From the NCBI GenBank assembly GCA_910587105.1, contig CAJUMB010000004.1, positions 3,918 to 67,917 of the forward strand: a DNA stretch of 64,000 nucleotides. Reading direction: 5' to 3'. Under the pieces are notes generated by a model that saw only the letters and a list, made by a program, of their open reading frames with translations, searched no databases and was not told the origin of the DNA. Position numbers and translations under genes: made by a program. Position 1 is the stretch's first letter, and the number at the start of each line of letters is the position of its first letter. Source of the stretch: an uncultured Lachnospiraceae bacterium (lineage in GTDB: Bacteria > Bacillota > Clostridia > Lachnospirales > Lachnospiraceae). Below, piece by piece: positions 62,871 to 64,000 of the stretch.

Positions 62871-64000
62871 ATGATTATTACATTAAAAGATGGTTCAAAG
62901 AAGGAATATGCACAGCCTGTGCCTGTCATTGACGTGGCTTCCGATATCAGCGAGGGGCTGGCCCGGGCCGCCTGCGCCGGGGAAGTGGACGGGCAGGTGG
63001 TGGATCTGCGTACTGTATTGGATAAGGACTGCTGTCTGAGCATACTCACAGCAAAGGATGAGAAAGGGCTGGCCGCACTGCGCCATACAGCATCCCATGT
63101 GCTGGCGCAGGCAGTCCAGACTCTTTATCCGGAGGCAAAGGTGGCCATCGGTCCTTCCATCGACACCGGGTTTTACTATGATTTTCAGTGTGATCCTTTT
63201 TCACAGGAGGACCTGGAGGCCATCGAAAAGGAGATGAAGAAAATCATCAAAAAAGGCGCCCGATTGGAGCGCTTTACCAAATCCAGGGAGGAGGCCATAG
63301 CATTTTTCAAAGAAAAAAACGAACCTTATAAAGTTGAACTGATTGAGGACCTTCCGGAAGACTCAGAAATCAGTTTTTATTCCCAGGGGGACTGGGTGGA
63401 CTTGTGTGCAGGCCCCCATTTGATGAACACAAAAGGTGTGAAAGCATTCAAACTGCTGTCATCTTCTGGAGCTTACTGGCGGGGCAGTGAGAAAAATCAG
63501 ATGCTGGCCAGAATTTACGGTACTGCTTATGGGACAAAGGATGAGCTGAAAGAACATCTGAACCAGCTGGAGGAGGCAAAAAAGAGAGACCACAATAAGC
63601 TGGGGCGGGAGATGAAGCTGTTTACCACAGTAGATGTGATCGGCCAGGGGCTCCCCCTTTTGATGCCAAAAGGCGTGACTATCATACAGGAGCTTCAGAG
63701 ATGGATTGAGGACGAGGAGGCCAGACGGGGATATGTAAGGACGAAGACTCCGCTGATGGCAAAAAGCGATCTGTATGTGATTTCGGACCATTGGGGACAC
63801 TACAAAGATGGCATGTTTATCCTGGGAGATGAGGAAAAGGACAAAGAGATTTTTGCCCTGCGGCCCATGACCTGTCCGTTCCAATATTATGTATACAAGG
63901 CAGAGCAGCACAGTTACCGGGATCTTCCGGTGCGTATGGGGGAGACTTCCACACTGTTTCGGAATGAAGATTCCGGCGAGATGCACGGCCTGACCCGTGT
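62871..64000 (+). CDS. thrS: Threonyl-tRNA synthetase (5' part, runs off the window)
   Basis: AAAGGAG RBS; MIITLKDGS TGS domain, RHTASH, DLCAGPH, RDHNKLG, LRPMTCP; T-box upstream. Confidence 0.96.
   Translation, partial: MIITLKDGSKKEYAQPVPVIDVASDISEGLARAACAGEVDGQVVDLRTVLDKDCCLSILTAKDEKGLAALRHTASHVLAQAVQTLYPEAKVAIGPSIDTGFYYDFQCDPFSQEDLEAIEKEMKKIIKKGARLERFTKSREEAIAFFKEKNEPYKVELIEDLPEDSEISFYSQGDWVDLCAGPHLMNTKGVKAFKLLSSSGAYWRGSEKNQMLARIYGTAYGTKDELKEHLNQLEEAKKRDHNKLGREMKLFTTVDVIGQGLPLLMPKGVTIIQELQRWIEDEEARRGYVRTKTPLMAKSDLYVISDHWGHYKDGMFILGDEEKDKEIFALRPMTCPFQYYVYKAEQHSYRDLPVRMGETSTLFRNEDSGEMHGLTR

Overview
Chromosomal window from a Lachnospiraceae-like Firmicute, probably a gut acetogen (inferred from gene content only). 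It contains: a Uma2 nuclease and an AAA/PD-(D/E)XK gene; a cobD-like aminotransferase; an uncharacterised three-gene operon (large helical protein, divergent Hsp70/actin-fold protein, TPR protein) running into purC-purF-purB; a Na/Pi cotransporter and purA; an orphan HPr + EIIA pair; a THF-riboswitch-controlled folE-HD-folP-folBK operon; the Wood-Ljungdahl methyl-branch cluster (fhs-fchA-folD-metV-metF-lpdA-gcvH, then lplA) without the acs genes; a FASII cluster with a distal FabT-like regulator and no acpP; a MetNI ABC transporter whose lipoprotein fuses Cys-type and MetQ-type binding domains; a small defence island (GmrSD-like nuclease, Panacea-like antitoxin and an unknown partner gene); a lactate-utilisation cluster with a degenerate acyl-CoA dehydrogenase; a heptad-repeat gene; and a Thr T-box with the start of thrS. 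The best novelty candidate is the Panacea-like antitoxin/unknown-toxin pair. Its second gene is interrupted by a 162-bp CTAG-flanked palindromic element whose exact removal restores the C-terminus. Two families of small palindromic elements recur across the window. Family names are recognised from motifs by eye, not from database searches.
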